Assembly: GCA_965248695.1 (NCBI GenBank)
Contig: CBDFKD010000002.1
Span: forward strand, 32,001-96,000
DNA from: Acidobacteriota bacterium
GTDB taxonomy: Bacteria; Acidobacteriota; UBA890; WLXD01
DNA length: 64,000 nt
Direction of reading: 5' to 3'
Shown: positions 48,978-59,811 of the stretch, one piece after another
How the letters are laid out: each line of letters begins with the position of its first letter
Numbering within the stretch: the stretch's first letter is position 1
Program-made: the position numbers and the translations under genes
Notes under the pieces: generated by a model
Seen by the model: the letters and a program-made list of their open reading frames with translations, nothing else
What the model was told of the DNA's origin: nothing
Database searches by the model: none

Positions 48978-51848
48978 TCAGTTCTCCGGCAGGAGCGCCA
49001 CCTGCACGTAGTTTTCGAGATCGAAGTACAGCGCCGCGGAGTCTCTGACAGTCTCCAGCGTGATCTCTTGCAGGGTCTCCTCGTACTCGAGGATCTCGAG
49101 CGGGTCCTTGGCGTGGCGATAGCTGTTCACCAGCTGTCCGAGCCAGAAGCCGTTCTCCTTGAGCGACAGCTCGTACTGGCGCCGGAAGCCCTCACGCACG
49201 TTGAGCAGCTCCTGCTCTTCGGGAAGGGTGCTGCGCAAGCGCTCGATCTCCTCGAACACCACGCCGGTAAGCTCCTCGGCGCGCTCGGGATCGGACCCGA
49301 AGGTGATCGAGATCGAATACTGCTCGGTCGGACGGTTGTCCGCCGAGGCCTCGACGCGCACGCCGTAGGTACCACCGAGCTCCTCGCGCATCACCTCGCG
49401 CAGACGCGTCTGCAACACCTCGGCCATGGCGCCGAGCGCGTTCTCCTCCGGGCTCTCGTAGTCCAGCCCGCCAGAGAACACGATCGAGGTCCGGCTCTTG
49501 GGCTCGACGCCACGGCGTACTTCCTTGCGAATCACGCCCCGCGGCGGCACCACGCCCTCGTCACGCCAGGTCTCGTCACGGTCGATATTCGGCAGGCTGG
49601 CCAGATATGTAGCCACCAGCGGACGCAGCGTGTCGATGTCGATGTTGCCGACGAACACGAAGGTGAAATCGCTGGCGTCGGCAAACCGGTCCATGTAGAA
49701 CTCGAACGACTTGCCCAGATCCATCTCTTCGAGCAATTCGACGGAGATCGGGCGGCGGCGCGGGTGATCCTGACTCAGGGTGCGCTGCAGGGTCTCCTGG
49801 AAAGCGACGTCAGGGCTCACATCGCGGTTGGCCAGCGAGGCGCGCATCTGCTGCTGGATCAAGCTGAAGATCCCGTCGTCGGCACGCGGCTCGGTGAAGG
49901 TCAGATAGGCGAGCTGCAGCAGCGACTCGATGTCCCGCGGCGACGCCGATCCGGCTACGCCCTCCTCCAGCGAGGCTACGAACGGCCGCACGTTGGCGAC
50001 CTTGTCGGACATCATGTTGGTGATCTGACGGGCGCTCAGCCCGCCGAAACCACTGGCGGCCACAACCTGGACTGCGCTGCTGGCGGCGACCCAATCTTCG
50101 TCCTCGGCCAGCGAGGTACCCCCCGGGCTGATACCCCGGAACAGGATCTGATCCTGCCGAAAATCGGTCGGCTTGAGGATCACGCGGGCGCCGTTGGAGA
50201 GCTCCCAGACCGTCAGGTCGAGCTCCGGGACGGTCGACTCGTCGACGATCTCGCCGGCCTCCGGGGTGTCCTCGAGCAACGGGCGATCCGTCGTCGTATC
50301 GACGTAGCGACGCAAGCGGCCACTGTCGGCGCGCTCGATTGCGGCCAGCAGCTCGTCTTCCGTGGGTAGCTCGACGCCCTCTTTCTCCGGTGCCGTCACC
50401 AGCACGACGCGGTTGTTCTCGCGCATCCAGCGCTCCCCCACCGCGTTGACGTCCTCGAGCGTGATCCCCGGCATGAAGCGCTGGTACAGCGCCCACTCGT
50501 AGTCGATGCCCGGCGTCGACTCGCCTTCCAGGAAGGCGCGAGTGAACTCCTCCGCGAACTGCGTCGAGTCCTGATCTTCGCGTTCGGTGTAGATGCGCTC
50601 GAAGCCACGCATCAGCTGGTTCTTGTCGCGATCCAGCTCCGACTGCGCGAACCCGTATTGGGCGACGCGCTCGAGCTCGCGGAACGCCGCCCCGAGCCCT
50701 TCGGCTACCTGCCCGTCCGGAGTGGCGGCGCCGAGCACGAACGCCTCGGAGGTGGGAATGAAGATGCTCTGGCTGGCGCGCGCCCCCAGGTACGGCGGGT
50801 TCGGCTGCTGCGCCTGCTCGGTCAGCCGACGGTTGAACATGCGACTGAACAGGCCCTCGACCATGCTGCGGCGATACGACCCGTGATATGCCTGGCGCCG
50901 CAGCGGCTGAAGCTGGAAGAACTCGACGATCGAGTTGGTCGCTTCCTTGTCAGTAACGATAGAGAACCGAGTGCCTTCCTGCTCCGGCAACCTCGTGTAC
51001 TCGCGCTCACGTCCGTCCTCGGCACGCGGCAGGGCGCCGAAGTGCTCCTCGATCTTCGCGGTGATCGCTGCGGTATCCACGTCCCCGACGACGATCACGC
51101 CCATCAGGTCGGGGCGATACCAGTCGCGGTAGAAGCGTCGCGCCGCCTCGTACGGGAAATTCTCGAGCACCTCCACCTTGCCAATCGGCAGGCGCTCCGT
51201 GTACCTCGAGTCGGCGAACAGCACTGGCAACTGGCGATCGCGAACGCGCGAGCCGGCACCCAACCCCAAACGCCACTCCTCGATGACGACGCCGCGCTCC
51301 TTGTCGATCTCCTCATCCTCGAAGGCCACGCTGTGCGCCCAGTCCTCGAGAATCTGGAACGCCGTATCGATGATGTCCTGCCGATCCGTCGGGATCTGCA
51401 AGAAGTAGATGGTCTCGTCGAACGACGTCGAGGCGTTGACGTGCGCCCCGAAACGCATGCCGAACGACTCGAGCGCCTTCACCAGATCCATCTTCGGGAA
51501 GTGCTCGGTACCGTTGAAGGCCATGTGCTCGACGAAGTGGGCCAGGCCGAGCTGGTCGTCGTCTTCCTGCAACGAACCGACGCGCACCACCAGCCGTAGC
51601 TCGGCGCGCTTCTCGGGGTAGCTGTTCTCGCGGATCCAGTAGCGCAGGCCGTTCTCGAGCTCACCGACGGTGATCAACGGGTCGAGCGGCATCGGCGCCT
51701 CGAGCGGCGCGGTGGCGGCGCTCGTCGGATCGGCAACCACGGGCGGCGGCGTCAGAGGGATCGGTCCCTGCGCCCATGCCGGCAACGGAATCGAGACGAC
51801 GAGCAGGGTCAGCGCGGAGAGCATCAAGGTCGAGCGGGTCAGTTTCAC
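48978..51848 (-). CDS. M16 family zinc protease (PqqL-like)
   Basis: GLAHFVEHMAFNG (HxxEH), ERGVVIEEWR, FYRDWYRPD; signal peptide; GTG start. Confidence 0.93.
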   Translation of the reverse strand: MKLTRSTLMLSALTLLVVSIPLPAWAQGPIPLTPPPVVADPTSAATAPLEAPMPLDPLITVGELENGLRYWIRENSYPEKRAELRLVVRVGSLQEDDDQLGLAHFVEHMAFNGTEHFPKMDLVKALESFGMRFGAHVNASTSFDETIYFLQIPTDRQDIIDTAFQILEDWAHSVAFEDEEIDKERGVVIEEWRLGLGAGSRVRDRQLPVLFADSRYTERLPIGKVEVLENFPYEAARRFYRDWYRPDLMGVIVVGDVDTAAITAKIEEHFGALPRAEDGREREYTRLPEQEGTRFSIVTDKEATNSIVEFFQLQPLRRQAYHGSYRRSMVEGLFSRMFNRRLTEQAQQPNPPYLGARASQSIFIPTSEAFVLGAATPDGQVAEGLGAAFRELERVAQYGFAQSELDRDKNQLMRGFERIYTEREDQDSTQFAEEFTRAFLEGESTPGIDYEWALYQRFMPGITLEDVNAVGERWMRENNRVVLVTAPEKEGVELPTEDELLAAIERADSGRLRRYVDTTTDRPLLEDTPEAGEIVDESTVPELDLTVWELSNGARVILKPTDFRQDQILFRGISPGGTSLAEDEDWVAASSAVQVVAASGFGGLSARQITNMMSDKVANVRPFVASLEEGVAGSASPRDIESLLQLAYLTFTEPRADDGIFSLIQQQMRASLANRDVSPDVAFQETLQRTLSQDHPRRRPISVELLEEMDLGKSFEFYMDRFADASDFTFVFVGNIDIDTLRPLVATYLASLPNIDRDETWRDEGVVPPRGVIRKEVRRGVEPKSRTSIVFSGGLDYESPEENALGAMAEVLQTRLREVMREELGGTYGVRVEASADNRPTEQYSISITFGSDPERAEELTGVVFEEIERLRSTLPEEQELLNVREGFRRQYELSLKENGFWLGQLVNSYRHAKDPLEILEYEETLQEITLETVRDSAALYFDLENYVQVALLPEN

Positions 51849-52028
51849 GAGCGAGCGTCCTCTGTCGGTTTCGGGGGTGCCTCTGAATTCATATGGGAGC
51901 GCACCTATACATGATCGACTACCGGGCACGGGCGGTCTAGTGATTGGACGCGGGGAAGGCGCTTCCCGACGCCGAGCACGGTCGGTTCCGGGGCAATCGA
52001 CGACCCGGACACCCCGACGTGACCAAGG

Positions 52029-54458
52029 TCAGACGGGCCTCTGGCGGCGCATGCCAGCGAACGACAGCCAGGCGAGCGCGTAGATCATCAGGCCGACGAT
52101 GAGGGCGGCGCGGAAGCCGTAATTCACCGACACGACGACGCTGGCCAAGCCACCGATCACGGTGAAAAGACCGTTCATGCCCCAGCCCCACGCCACCGCG
52201 GCGCGCGAAAGATCTTGCACGGCGAGCACACCGAGTGGGAACGGCATTCCCATGAAGAACGCCACCGGAAATACCAGCGCTGCCGCCGCGATCAAACGAA
52301 CGGCGAGCGGCGTCGCCAGCAGCGCCCCGGTCACCGGACCGTGGGCGATCAGGAAGACGATGCCCGCCAGCAGCACGCCGGCGTACGGCCACCACCAGCT
52401 CGACGAGTCGGGTGTGATCCGAAGTCGATCGGAAGCCAAGCTGCCGAGCCCCGCTCCGAGCAGGACGGTGAACAGCACCAGCGAGTAGGTGTACAGCGGA
52501 TAGCCGACGAAGTGCATCAACAGCTGGATCAGCACCAGCTCGACGAGGATGAACCCGGCGCCGAGGCTGGCGAAATACACCAGCGAGGCGCCCCACCCGG
52601 GCCACCGCTGCCGGGCAACCGGCGACAGCGCCAGCGGCAGGACGACGAAGACGCCGGCGAACACCAGTGACACGAAACCCGTAACCCAGAGGTGGACCAC
52701 GTCGAGCGGCACACCGCCGCCCTGATCACGCGCCACGTTGAGGAACCAGGCCACCGCCTCGGGTACGAAGCGCTCACGGTCAGCTCGGAGCTCCCCCCAG
52801 CCGCGCCGCAAGAACTTGAAGTATGGCCGGTTGTCGGTGGTTGGAGCGACTCGATAGGGCACCCGCTCGATGATCTCGTCCGGCAACTCGCCGGTGAAGA
52901 ACTCCGGTGACAGGAACCCGTTCCGTGGGCGGAGCGGGTTCTCCTCGAGCCTGAAGATCTGCATCTCGACGCCTTCGCGCAGGCCGAGGAAGCCGCGCGC
53001 CTGGGTCATGTCGTCGCGCGTGAACGGGCTCATCTTGATGAGCACGGTCGGCAACGTGTCGTCGTCCTGCATCGTGCGCGAGGTCACCAGAACGTGGCTG
53101 CGGAAATCGTCACGCCCCATCCACTTCCACGCCAGTGCGGCGGTCGCCACGATGCGCGGGAACGTGTGGTGGTTGATCTGCAGGACGCCGTCCTCGGACA
53201 GGTGCTCGAAGTAGTCGACGAATGCGTCGGCAGTGAGCAGATACGTCGGGTCCAGCGCGCCGGCGCCAGCGGCGACCGAAGACGACGAGTGGTTGCTGAA
53301 GATCTGGATGATGTCGTAGATGCGACCACTGGAGCGAATGAACCCACGCCCCTCGCCGCGCAGACTGTTGACGCGCGGATCGTTGAAGATGCCACCGTTG
53401 AAATCGGCGTAGTCGTTCTTGCCCAGATCGACCACGGCGCCGACCATCTCGATCGCGTCAATGTGCCCGGCGCCATACGCCAGCGCGCCCTTCACTTCCT
53501 GCCCGGCGGCGCTGCCGATCACGAGCACCTGTTGCTCCGTGTCGCGCTTCATGTAGTGCGCCAGCAGCACCGCGCGCGTCCAGAAGTGGCTCTTGAAAAA
53601 GCCCTCGGCATTGGTGCGGACACCGCGATCGAGACGGTGACGGAAGAGCTCCCAGTTGCCATCGAACGGGTACAGGAAGCTGCTCTGGCTGCCGCCGTCG
53701 TAGATGATGTTCTTGACGCCGCGGAAGTGGATCACCTCGACCTTCGACACCGGATCCCAGCGGACGTACTCGGCATGGCCCATGGCGCGGGCGTCGGCCA
53801 GACCCCGATCGACCTTGTGCTCCACGAACGACAGGTATCCGGGCGACAGCAACGGCACCGCCAACATCACCACCGCGTAGGCAGCGGCGAACGACAGCGA
53901 ACGACGCGTGCCGGCGAACACGGCGGCTGCGATCGCCAGAAGTCCGGAGACTGCCAGCAACAGCCCGCCCGGCCCCAGCGCCGGAATCAGCGGAATGATC
54001 ACCACGCAGCCCACTGCCGCGCCCGCCAGATCCCAGAAATACAGCCGCTGAATGATCTCGGCCCAGGCGGAGAAGGCGCGTGCCAGCACCAGTCCGCAGA
54101 GCACGAACGGGATGGTGATGACGGCGTACATCAGCAGAAACCAGATGCCCTGCCCGAGCGGATCCGAGGCGATCGCCTCGAAGCGGAACGGGATGGCGTT
54201 GAGCGCCGGCCGGATCAGCAGTAAGGAGGCCGCCATGAGCGCCGTCAACCGAGCCAGCTGAACCGACGGGTCAACGCCCGCGGGCAGCGGCCGCAGCGTC
54301 GTGTAGATCCCCGCCAGGCCGAACGCGAACACCGCGCCGGTGATGATCATGTACGCCAGATTCGGGTACAGGATCACATCGAAGATGCGCGTCAGCAGCA
54401 ACTCGACAGCGAGCGTCGAGCCAGCGACCAGACAGATGGCGAGCGGAATTCTGCGCAC
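52029..54458 (-). CDS. Membrane protein with central spermidine synthase-like SAM-binding domain
   Basis: TM bundles on both sides, LYFWDLAGAA, VLVIGSAAG, PTTDNRPYF, MGMPFPLG, WGMNG. Confidence 0.8.
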   Translation of the reverse strand: MRRIPLAICLVAGSTLAVELLLTRIFDVILYPNLAYMIITGAVFAFGLAGIYTTLRPLPAGVDPSVQLARLTALMAASLLLIRPALNAIPFRFEAIASDPLGQGIWFLLMYAVITIPFVLCGLVLARAFSAWAEIIQRLYFWDLAGAAVGCVVIIPLIPALGPGGLLLAVSGLLAIAAAVFAGTRRSLSFAAAYAVVMLAVPLLSPGYLSFVEHKVDRGLADARAMGHAEYVRWDPVSKVEVIHFRGVKNIIYDGGSQSSFLYPFDGNWELFRHRLDRGVRTNAEGFFKSHFWTRAVLLAHYMKRDTEQQVLVIGSAAGQEVKGALAYGAGHIDAIEMVGAVVDLGKNDYADFNGGIFNDPRVNSLRGEGRGFIRSSGRIYDIIQIFSNHSSSSVAAGAGALDPTYLLTADAFVDYFEHLSEDGVLQINHHTFPRIVATAALAWKWMGRDDFRSHVLVTSRTMQDDDTLPTVLIKMSPFTRDDMTQARGFLGLREGVEMQIFRLEENPLRPRNGFLSPEFFTGELPDEIIERVPYRVAPTTDNRPYFKFLRRGWGELRADRERFVPEAVAWFLNVARDQGGGVPLDVVHLWVTGFVSLVFAGVFVVLPLALSPVARQRWPGWGASLVYFASLGAGFILVELVLIQLLMHFVGYPLYTYSLVLFTVLLGAGLGSLASDRLRITPDSSSWWWPYAGVLLAGIVFLIAHGPVTGALLATPLAVRLIAAAALVFPVAFFMGMPFPLGVLAVQDLSRAAVAWGWGMNGLFTVIGGLASVVVSVNYGFRAALIVGLMIYALAWLSFAGMRRQRPV

Positions 54459-54545
54459 GTGTCCCGACGGCCAGAGGCGTTACGAGGGAGGGTGTCCGGG
54501 ATTATCGCATCGGCACTTTCGAGGCGCTAGCGAGCCCGCTGAGAC

Positions 54546-56735
54546 TCAGCCGTGCACTGGCTCCGGGCGCTCGATCGAGTCCAGGATCACCTGGAACCGC
54601 GGGTCGTCGCGGATCGGAGCCAGATCACCGTCGTGCTCGATCCAGTCGCGATGCGCGAAGCCGAAGCGCACCGCGTCCTCTAGCCGGGCAAGTGCCGCGT
54701 CGGGCTGGCCCGCCTGCGCCAGCAGACAGGCAACCGCGTAGTGCGTCGCGGCGTCGCCGGTGCCCAGCTCCAACGCTCGATCGGCCCAGTCCAGGGATGC
54801 CTGACGCTCGCCGAGCTGGAACAAGCAGCGCGCGCCGATGGAATAGGCGCGACCATCGCCGGGCTGCAGCGCCAGGTGTCGCTCGACGCGGCGTACGGCG
54901 CGACGCGCACTGGCTACCTCGCGGGTCGGATCCTGGAGATCCCTGTACACCTGACTCAGGAGCGCCGGAGCCTGAAAGTCTTCTGATCGCACCGCGCCGG
55001 CAACCTCGAACTCACGTGCGGCAAGCTCCAGCTGCCCGCACGCGAACGCGCTGCGGGCACGCGAGTAACGCGCCTCGAACGAGTCGGGGTCGAGCTTGAT
55101 TGCGGTCGTGAAGGCCCGGTCGGCCTCGGCGTGACGCTGCGAAAGCGACAATGCGAGGCCGAGTGCTGCGTACCCCTCCGCAAGCGCTGGCCCGACCTCT
55201 ACGGCGCGTTCCGCCGCCGCGATCGCCTGCTCGAGCGCCTCGCGGCCGCCTCCGGCGTGCATGTACAGGTACGAGCACGCATCGGCCAGGCCGCTGTGGG
55301 CCGGGGCGTAGCCGGGATCGTGGGTCACGGCGGCGGCGAACATGTCGCGCGCCTGGGCGATCTCTCGCGCGGTGCTGCGGTACAGCAGGCTGCGACCTCG
55401 GAGATAGTAGTCGTAGGCCTCGAAGTCCGGCGGTCGGGTCGGTTGTGGTCGCACACCCAGAACACCCTGCAACGCTTCGACCACGCTGGCCGATATCTCG
55501 TCCTCCAGGGTGAACACGTCCTCAACGTCGCCCTCGAACCGCTGCGACCAGAGATCGGCCTCGTCGGCCACATCGATCAGGCGGGCGGAGATCCGCAGCC
55601 GGTCCTTGGCTCGACGCACCGAGCCTTCGAGCACCGTCTCGACCCCGAGACGACGGCCGATATCACGCACATCCCTATTGGCGTCGCGATAGCGGAACGT
55701 CGAAGTACGCGAGGCAACGCGCAACTCGGGCACCTCCGAAAGGTCGTTGAGGATTCCCTCGGCGATGCCCTCGGAGAAATGGCGCTGGTCGCCCTCCGGA
55801 CTCAGATCGACGAACGGCAGCACCGCCACCGACCGACCGCCCCGATCGCTGCGGCGCAACCGTGCCAGCACAGAGGCGACCTCATCGGCCGACTGCGGTC
55901 GAGCCTCCGGGTCTTTGGCGAGACAGCTGCCGACGAGATCCGACAGCACCCGTGGAACGAGTGGCCGGCGCGCCGCCAGGTCGCGGGGCGTCTGGGTGGT
56001 GATCGAGGCCGCGAGCTCCCGCAGTGTCCCGCCGTGAAAGGGCCTCGCACCCGTCAGCATCTCGTAGAACAGCACTCCGAGTGAGAAGACGTCTGAGCGT
56101 TGATCGACGGCCTCGCCGCGCACTTGCTCGGGCGCCATGTAGGCGGGCGTGCCGGCCACTGCCCCATCGTTCGTGGTGAGCTCCTCGAGCGGAGTCTCGT
56201 CCAGGTGTGCCTCGACGCTGCGGTCATCCCACACATGTTGCTGCCCGCCGTGATGTACCGCCAGACCGAGATCGAGCAGCTTGACGCGCCCGGCGCGGCT
56301 CACCATCACGTGCGCCGCCTTGAGATCGCGATGGATGACGCCGGCCCCATGGGCAGCCGCCAGCCCATCGGCCAGCGGGATGGCGATCTGCAGGAACTCC
56401 TGCACCGACATGCCGCGATCGGGAATGACGCGATCGAGGCTCTCGCCCTCCACCAACTCCATGGCCAGGAAGTGGACGCCGTCCACCTCCTCGACCGCAT
56501 AGATGGTTACGATGTTGGGGTGGTTGATCGCCGCCAGTGCGCGCGCCTCACGCTCGATGGCGTCGACGTCAGCGGCCGACCCGGAGATCTGCGAGGCGAG
56601 GAACTTGAGCGCCACCGAGCGTTGCAGTCGAGTGTCCAAAGCTCGGTACACGTCGCCCATCCGCCCCTGACCCAGCTTGCGCTCGATCCGATAGGCGCCT
56701 ATAAGCTCTCCGATGTCCGGCATGTGCTCCCCCAA
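54546..56735 (-). CDS. Hanks-type Ser/Thr kinase domain fused to TolB-like and TPR domains
   Basis: VALK, HRDLK, GTPAYMAPE, SDVFSLG, SVAVLPF, LEGSVR, TPR repeats. Confidence 0.9.
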   Translation of the reverse strand: MGEHMPDIGELIGAYRIERKLGQGRMGDVYRALDTRLQRSVALKFLASQISGSAADVDAIEREARALAAINHPNIVTIYAVEEVDGVHFLAMELVEGESLDRVIPDRGMSVQEFLQIAIPLADGLAAAHGAGVIHRDLKAAHVMVSRAGRVKLLDLGLAVHHGGQQHVWDDRSVEAHLDETPLEELTTNDGAVAGTPAYMAPEQVRGEAVDQRSDVFSLGVLFYEMLTGARPFHGGTLRELAASITTQTPRDLAARRPLVPRVLSDLVGSCLAKDPEARPQSADEVASVLARLRRSDRGGRSVAVLPFVDLSPEGDQRHFSEGIAEGILNDLSEVPELRVASRTSTFRYRDANRDVRDIGRRLGVETVLEGSVRRAKDRLRISARLIDVADEADLWSQRFEGDVEDVFTLEDEISASVVEALQGVLGVRPQPTRPPDFEAYDYYLRGRSLLYRSTAREIAQARDMFAAAVTHDPGYAPAHSGLADACSYLYMHAGGGREALEQAIAAAERAVEVGPALAEGYAALGLALSLSQRHAEADRAFTTAIKLDPDSFEARYSRARSAFACGQLELAAREFEVAGAVRSEDFQAPALLSQVYRDLQDPTREVASARRAVRRVERHLALQPGDGRAYSIGARCLFQLGERQASLDWADRALELGTGDAATHYAVACLLAQAGQPDAALARLEDAVRFGFAHRDWIEHDGDLAPIRDDPRFQVILDSIERPEPVHG

Positions 56736-56774
56736 GCACGATCGCCGACCCTCTGACCCGGTCCTTCTTCGCCC

Positions 56775-57173
56775 CTACCGCTCGGCGGCGTCGCAGTAGT
56801 CGACGATATCGTCCAGCGTAAAGACAAGGTCGTCGATCACGTCGACGAGGTAGGCTGCGAGGTCCTCGCCGCTCACGTCGTACAGATCTTCGATGACGTA
56901 GAGCAAATCCTCGCCCATCACCTGTTCGTCTTCATTGCCCTCGTCTACGAGGGATTCGCCGAGAATCTGGGTCGGGTCGAGCAGCGTGTTGACGTCGTTC
57001 TCCAGTCGCGACACGTCGAGGTCGCCGATATCCTCGCCGGAAGTCTCCTCGAGCGCATTGGCGACCGCGTTCCAGCCGTTGGAGACGGTGTTGATGTCGT
57101 CGCAGATCTGGGCCTCCGCAGCGGTCGGAAGCAAGGTGCAGACAGCTGTAATAATTGCGAGTCTGCGAAGCAT
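56775..57173 (-). CDS. Small acidic secreted hypothetical protein
   Basis: AAGGAG RBS, signal peptide ending AEA, D/E-rich helical body, Cys near each end. Confidence 0.7.
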   Translation of the reverse strand: MLRRLAIITAVCTLLPTAAEAQICDDINTVSNGWNAVANALEETSGEDIGDLDVSRLENDVNTLLDPTQILGESLVDEGNEDEQVMGEDLLYVIEDLYDVSGEDLAAYLVDVIDDLVFTLDDIVDYCDAAER

Positions 57174-57293
57174 CGTGCGACTCCTTTCTTTGATCGATCT
57201 GACGCGCTTGGCTGCAGAATCTCGAGCCCGTATTTTACACCGGTAGCGAACTGCCGCCGGCAGCGCCCGGCTCATGTTTGACGTTGGTACATC

Positions 57294-57746
57294 GTGAACG
57301 ACCGCTTCGAATACCGCCGGGTCAGGACCCCTGAAGAGCTCACCCAAGCGTTACAGATACGCCAGGAGGTGTTCACCCAGGAGCAACGAATTCCGGCCAG
57401 CCGCGACAACGATGGCCTCGATCCTGACGGGCTCCACCTGCTGGTGTGCGCCGGCGACAGCTCGGTCGCTACCGGCCGCATCTCGCTCGACGGCGACCAG
57501 GCAACGCTGGCTCGAATCGCCGTACGATCGACCCACCGAGGCCGCGGCGTAGGGAAGCAGATCGTTCGGATTCTGGAGGCCTGGGCCACGGAAGCTGGCG
57601 CACGAACGTTCGTCCTCTACCCCCACGCCCATCTGGAGCGATTCTATGCCCAGCTCGGCTACAACAAAACGGCGGATGCCGGGATGGTGGGCGAGCACCC
57701 AGTTATAGAGATGCGCCGGGAGCCTGGCGAAACGAAAACCGGCTAG
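57294..57746 (+). CDS. GNAT family N-acetyltransferase (ElaA/YjcF-like)
   Basis: IRQEVF..EQ, RIAV...RGRGVG, FYAQLGY. Confidence 0.88.
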   Translation: MNDRFEYRRVRTPEELTQALQIRQEVFTQEQRIPASRDNDGLDPDGLHLLVCAGDSSVATGRISLDGDQATLARIAVRSTHRGRGVGKQIVRILEAWATEAGARTFVLYPHAHLERFYAQLGYNKTADAGMVGEHPVIEMRREPGETKTG

Positions 57747-57821
57747 ACACAGACGGATCCCGGAATGGCGCCCCGAACAGGCTGCGGCTATTCTTGGGCC
57801 TTGCGGCACAATGAGCAGCGA

Positions 57822-57905
57822 GCCGAGGTGGCGGAATTGGCAGACGCGCCGGACTCAAAATCCGGTGGGCTTACGCTCGTGAGGGTTCGAGTCCCTCCCT
57901 CGGTA
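57822..57905 (+). tRNA. tRNA-Leu(CAA); CCA not encoded
   Basis: GCCGAGG acceptor, CCGGA-CTCAAAA-TCCGG anticodon arm, long variable arm, GGTTCGAGTCC. Confidence 0.97.
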
Positions 57906-58113
57906 CTTCAATGATAACAACGGGTTAGCGGCCATCGGACCGGCACACCGATTGTGTCGACGCTCACTCGTTGCACCGTTTCTTGGACCACTTCAGACGC
58001 TTCCCGAACGGTCAGAGGTGTGAATGGACAGCCAGCGACGCATGGTCGGCGTCCGCCTTACCGTTGGGTGGTTGCTCTTGGGGGCTTTGGCTAAGGCGGC
58101 CGCGCTGCGGCGT

Positions 58114-59205
58114 TCAGTCGATGACCGCCTCCACCAAGAGCTTGAGCCGCGCGTTCAGGCGCTCGAAGTCGGGGTCGTTGTTGATGTCCACGCGGTGCGC
58201 CACCACGACGAGCCCGAGGCTGCGCATGACGATCACCACGCGGGCATCCCAGTTGCCGTCGGCCATGAACGTGTCCGCGGGCGCGTCGGGCCAGGGACGT
58301 AGTCCCGTCGTGCCAACGAGACCGTTGAACCACCAGGCGTAGCCGAAGATCCCAGGCCCGACATGAGTGGCGTTGCAGCCGGCGCCGAAGCTCTTCAGCC
58401 GCAGGTAGTTGTTGCAGCTCTTGTCGTCGCCCTGTGAGATGCGCTGCGTCCCCGGCACGGCGAGCTGCACGATCGAATCGAACAGCTCCCGCGGCACGAT
58501 CTGCCGATCGCCCCAGCGGCCTCGGCTGGCCCACAGCCAGCCGACGCGCGCGAAGTCGCGTATGGAGATCAACATCGCGCAGCGCTCGCGGGCGCCCGGC
58601 AGCCGGTCCTCGAACTGCAGCTTGCGAGTGCGCCGGCGAAACGACTGGGCGACCGTGCGGCCGTCGAACACCTTGCGCAGGCTGCGGCAGAGCAGGCGAG
58701 TCCCGTAGTCGTTGTAGCCCCAGGCACGACCCGGCCGCTCCGGCAGCGCGTAGCCGCTCGTGTTGTTGACGAGTTGCCCGAATGTGATCTCGCTGTCCCG
58801 ACGAGTCAGCGTGTTCCAGTACGGTCCGATCGGATCGCCAGGACCGCTCAGGAGGTTTTCGTCGATGGCGAACATGAGCAACATGCCGAGCAGCGGCTTG
58901 ATCGCGGAGGCCCAATCGAGTGGCTCGTCGACCTGCCCCCACGAGTAGGCGACGTAACCGTCGCGCACCACCATTCCGGCGCCTGCGGACATCGCCGCGA
59001 ACTGTGCCAGCTTGGCGACGTTGAGTCCGAGCGCCTGCGGGGTGCGAGATTCCCAGGAGTCGCCGGCGAAGACGACCGCTCGCGGTTGCGACCCGGCAGG
59101 CACCTGGCCGTGGGCCGACGTTGCCAGCGACAGCGACACCAACAGCAGCAGCGTAAGCAGCACGATGCACAGCCCTTTCATGCCAGTCGGTCGACTCGTA
59201 TCCAT
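58114..59205 (-). CDS. Serine hydrolase, beta-lactamase-like, secreted
   Basis: Signal peptide, SAIK (SxxK), WGYND, IRDFARVGWL, YAWWFN. Confidence 0.8.
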   Translation of the reverse strand: MDTSRPTGMKGLCIVLLTLLLLVSLSLATSAHGQVPAGSQPRAVVFAGDSWESRTPQALGLNVAKLAQFAAMSAGAGMVVRDGYVAYSWGQVDEPLDWASAIKPLLGMLLMFAIDENLLSGPGDPIGPYWNTLTRRDSEITFGQLVNNTSGYALPERPGRAWGYNDYGTRLLCRSLRKVFDGRTVAQSFRRRTRKLQFEDRLPGARERCAMLISIRDFARVGWLWASRGRWGDRQIVPRELFDSIVQLAVPGTQRISQGDDKSCNNYLRLKSFGAGCNATHVGPGIFGYAWWFNGLVGTTGLRPWPDAPADTFMADGNWDARVVIVMRSLGLVVVAHRVDINNDPDFERLNARLKLLVEAVID

Positions 59206-59338
59206 GCGGATCCGGTTCGCACGGGAATCGGCGAGCGCGCCGCATGGTGCCCCCCGGAACCACGACGGCTTCGAGTGGAATTTTACACCCGTGGCCGCGT
59301 TTATCGTGGTTCGGCTCTACCGTACGAGATCAAAGTAC

Positions 59339-59367
59339 TTGACATAATAAAGTTCATTCCTCATACT
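59339..59367 (+). promoter_or_regulatory. Sigma70-type promoter inside islet 1
   Basis: TTGACA-N17-CATACT. Confidence 0.65.
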
Positions 59368-59478
59368 CCGCCCGAGTGGAAGCGTCGGCTTGCGGCAATC
59401 TGGAGGGGTGACAGGCGTCATCAACCCGGGCCGACGAGTCGGACCGGCGTTCTCGCCCAGCCAGGGGGTCCTCAGGCC

Positions 59479-59811
59479 ATGCAGCAAGCGCTCAGCTCTC
59501 TCGAAGACCGGATGGCTCCCGCCGAGGAGATCTTCTTCAGCTGGCTGCTGCGGGTCGCCCTCGCGGCAACGCTGTTCGGGTCCGCGTGGATCGACGACGC
59601 GCCCCCACTGGAGCTCGGGGCCTGGATCGTCACGATCTGGGTCGCGGTCCGGGTGGCCACGCAGTTCGTCAACCTTTCGGCCGCAGCGCCGTTCGAGAAC
59701 GGCGCCATGAATGCGATCTTCGCGCTCGTCGCGATCCTGACGCTCGCTCTGGCGTTCATGACGGTCACTACCCTCGTCGAGACCGTGTCGCGCTCGCTCG
59801 TCGCAAGGTGA
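59479..59811 (+). CDS. Small hypothetical membrane protein (about 3 TM)
   Basis: Hydrophobic 110-aa frame with host-like codon use, downstream of a promoter. Confidence 0.6.
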   Translation: MQQALSSLEDRMAPAEEIFFSWLLRVALAATLFGSAWIDDAPPLELGAWIVTIWVAVRVATQFVNLSAAAPFENGAMNAIFALVAILTLALAFMTVTTLVETVSRSLVAR

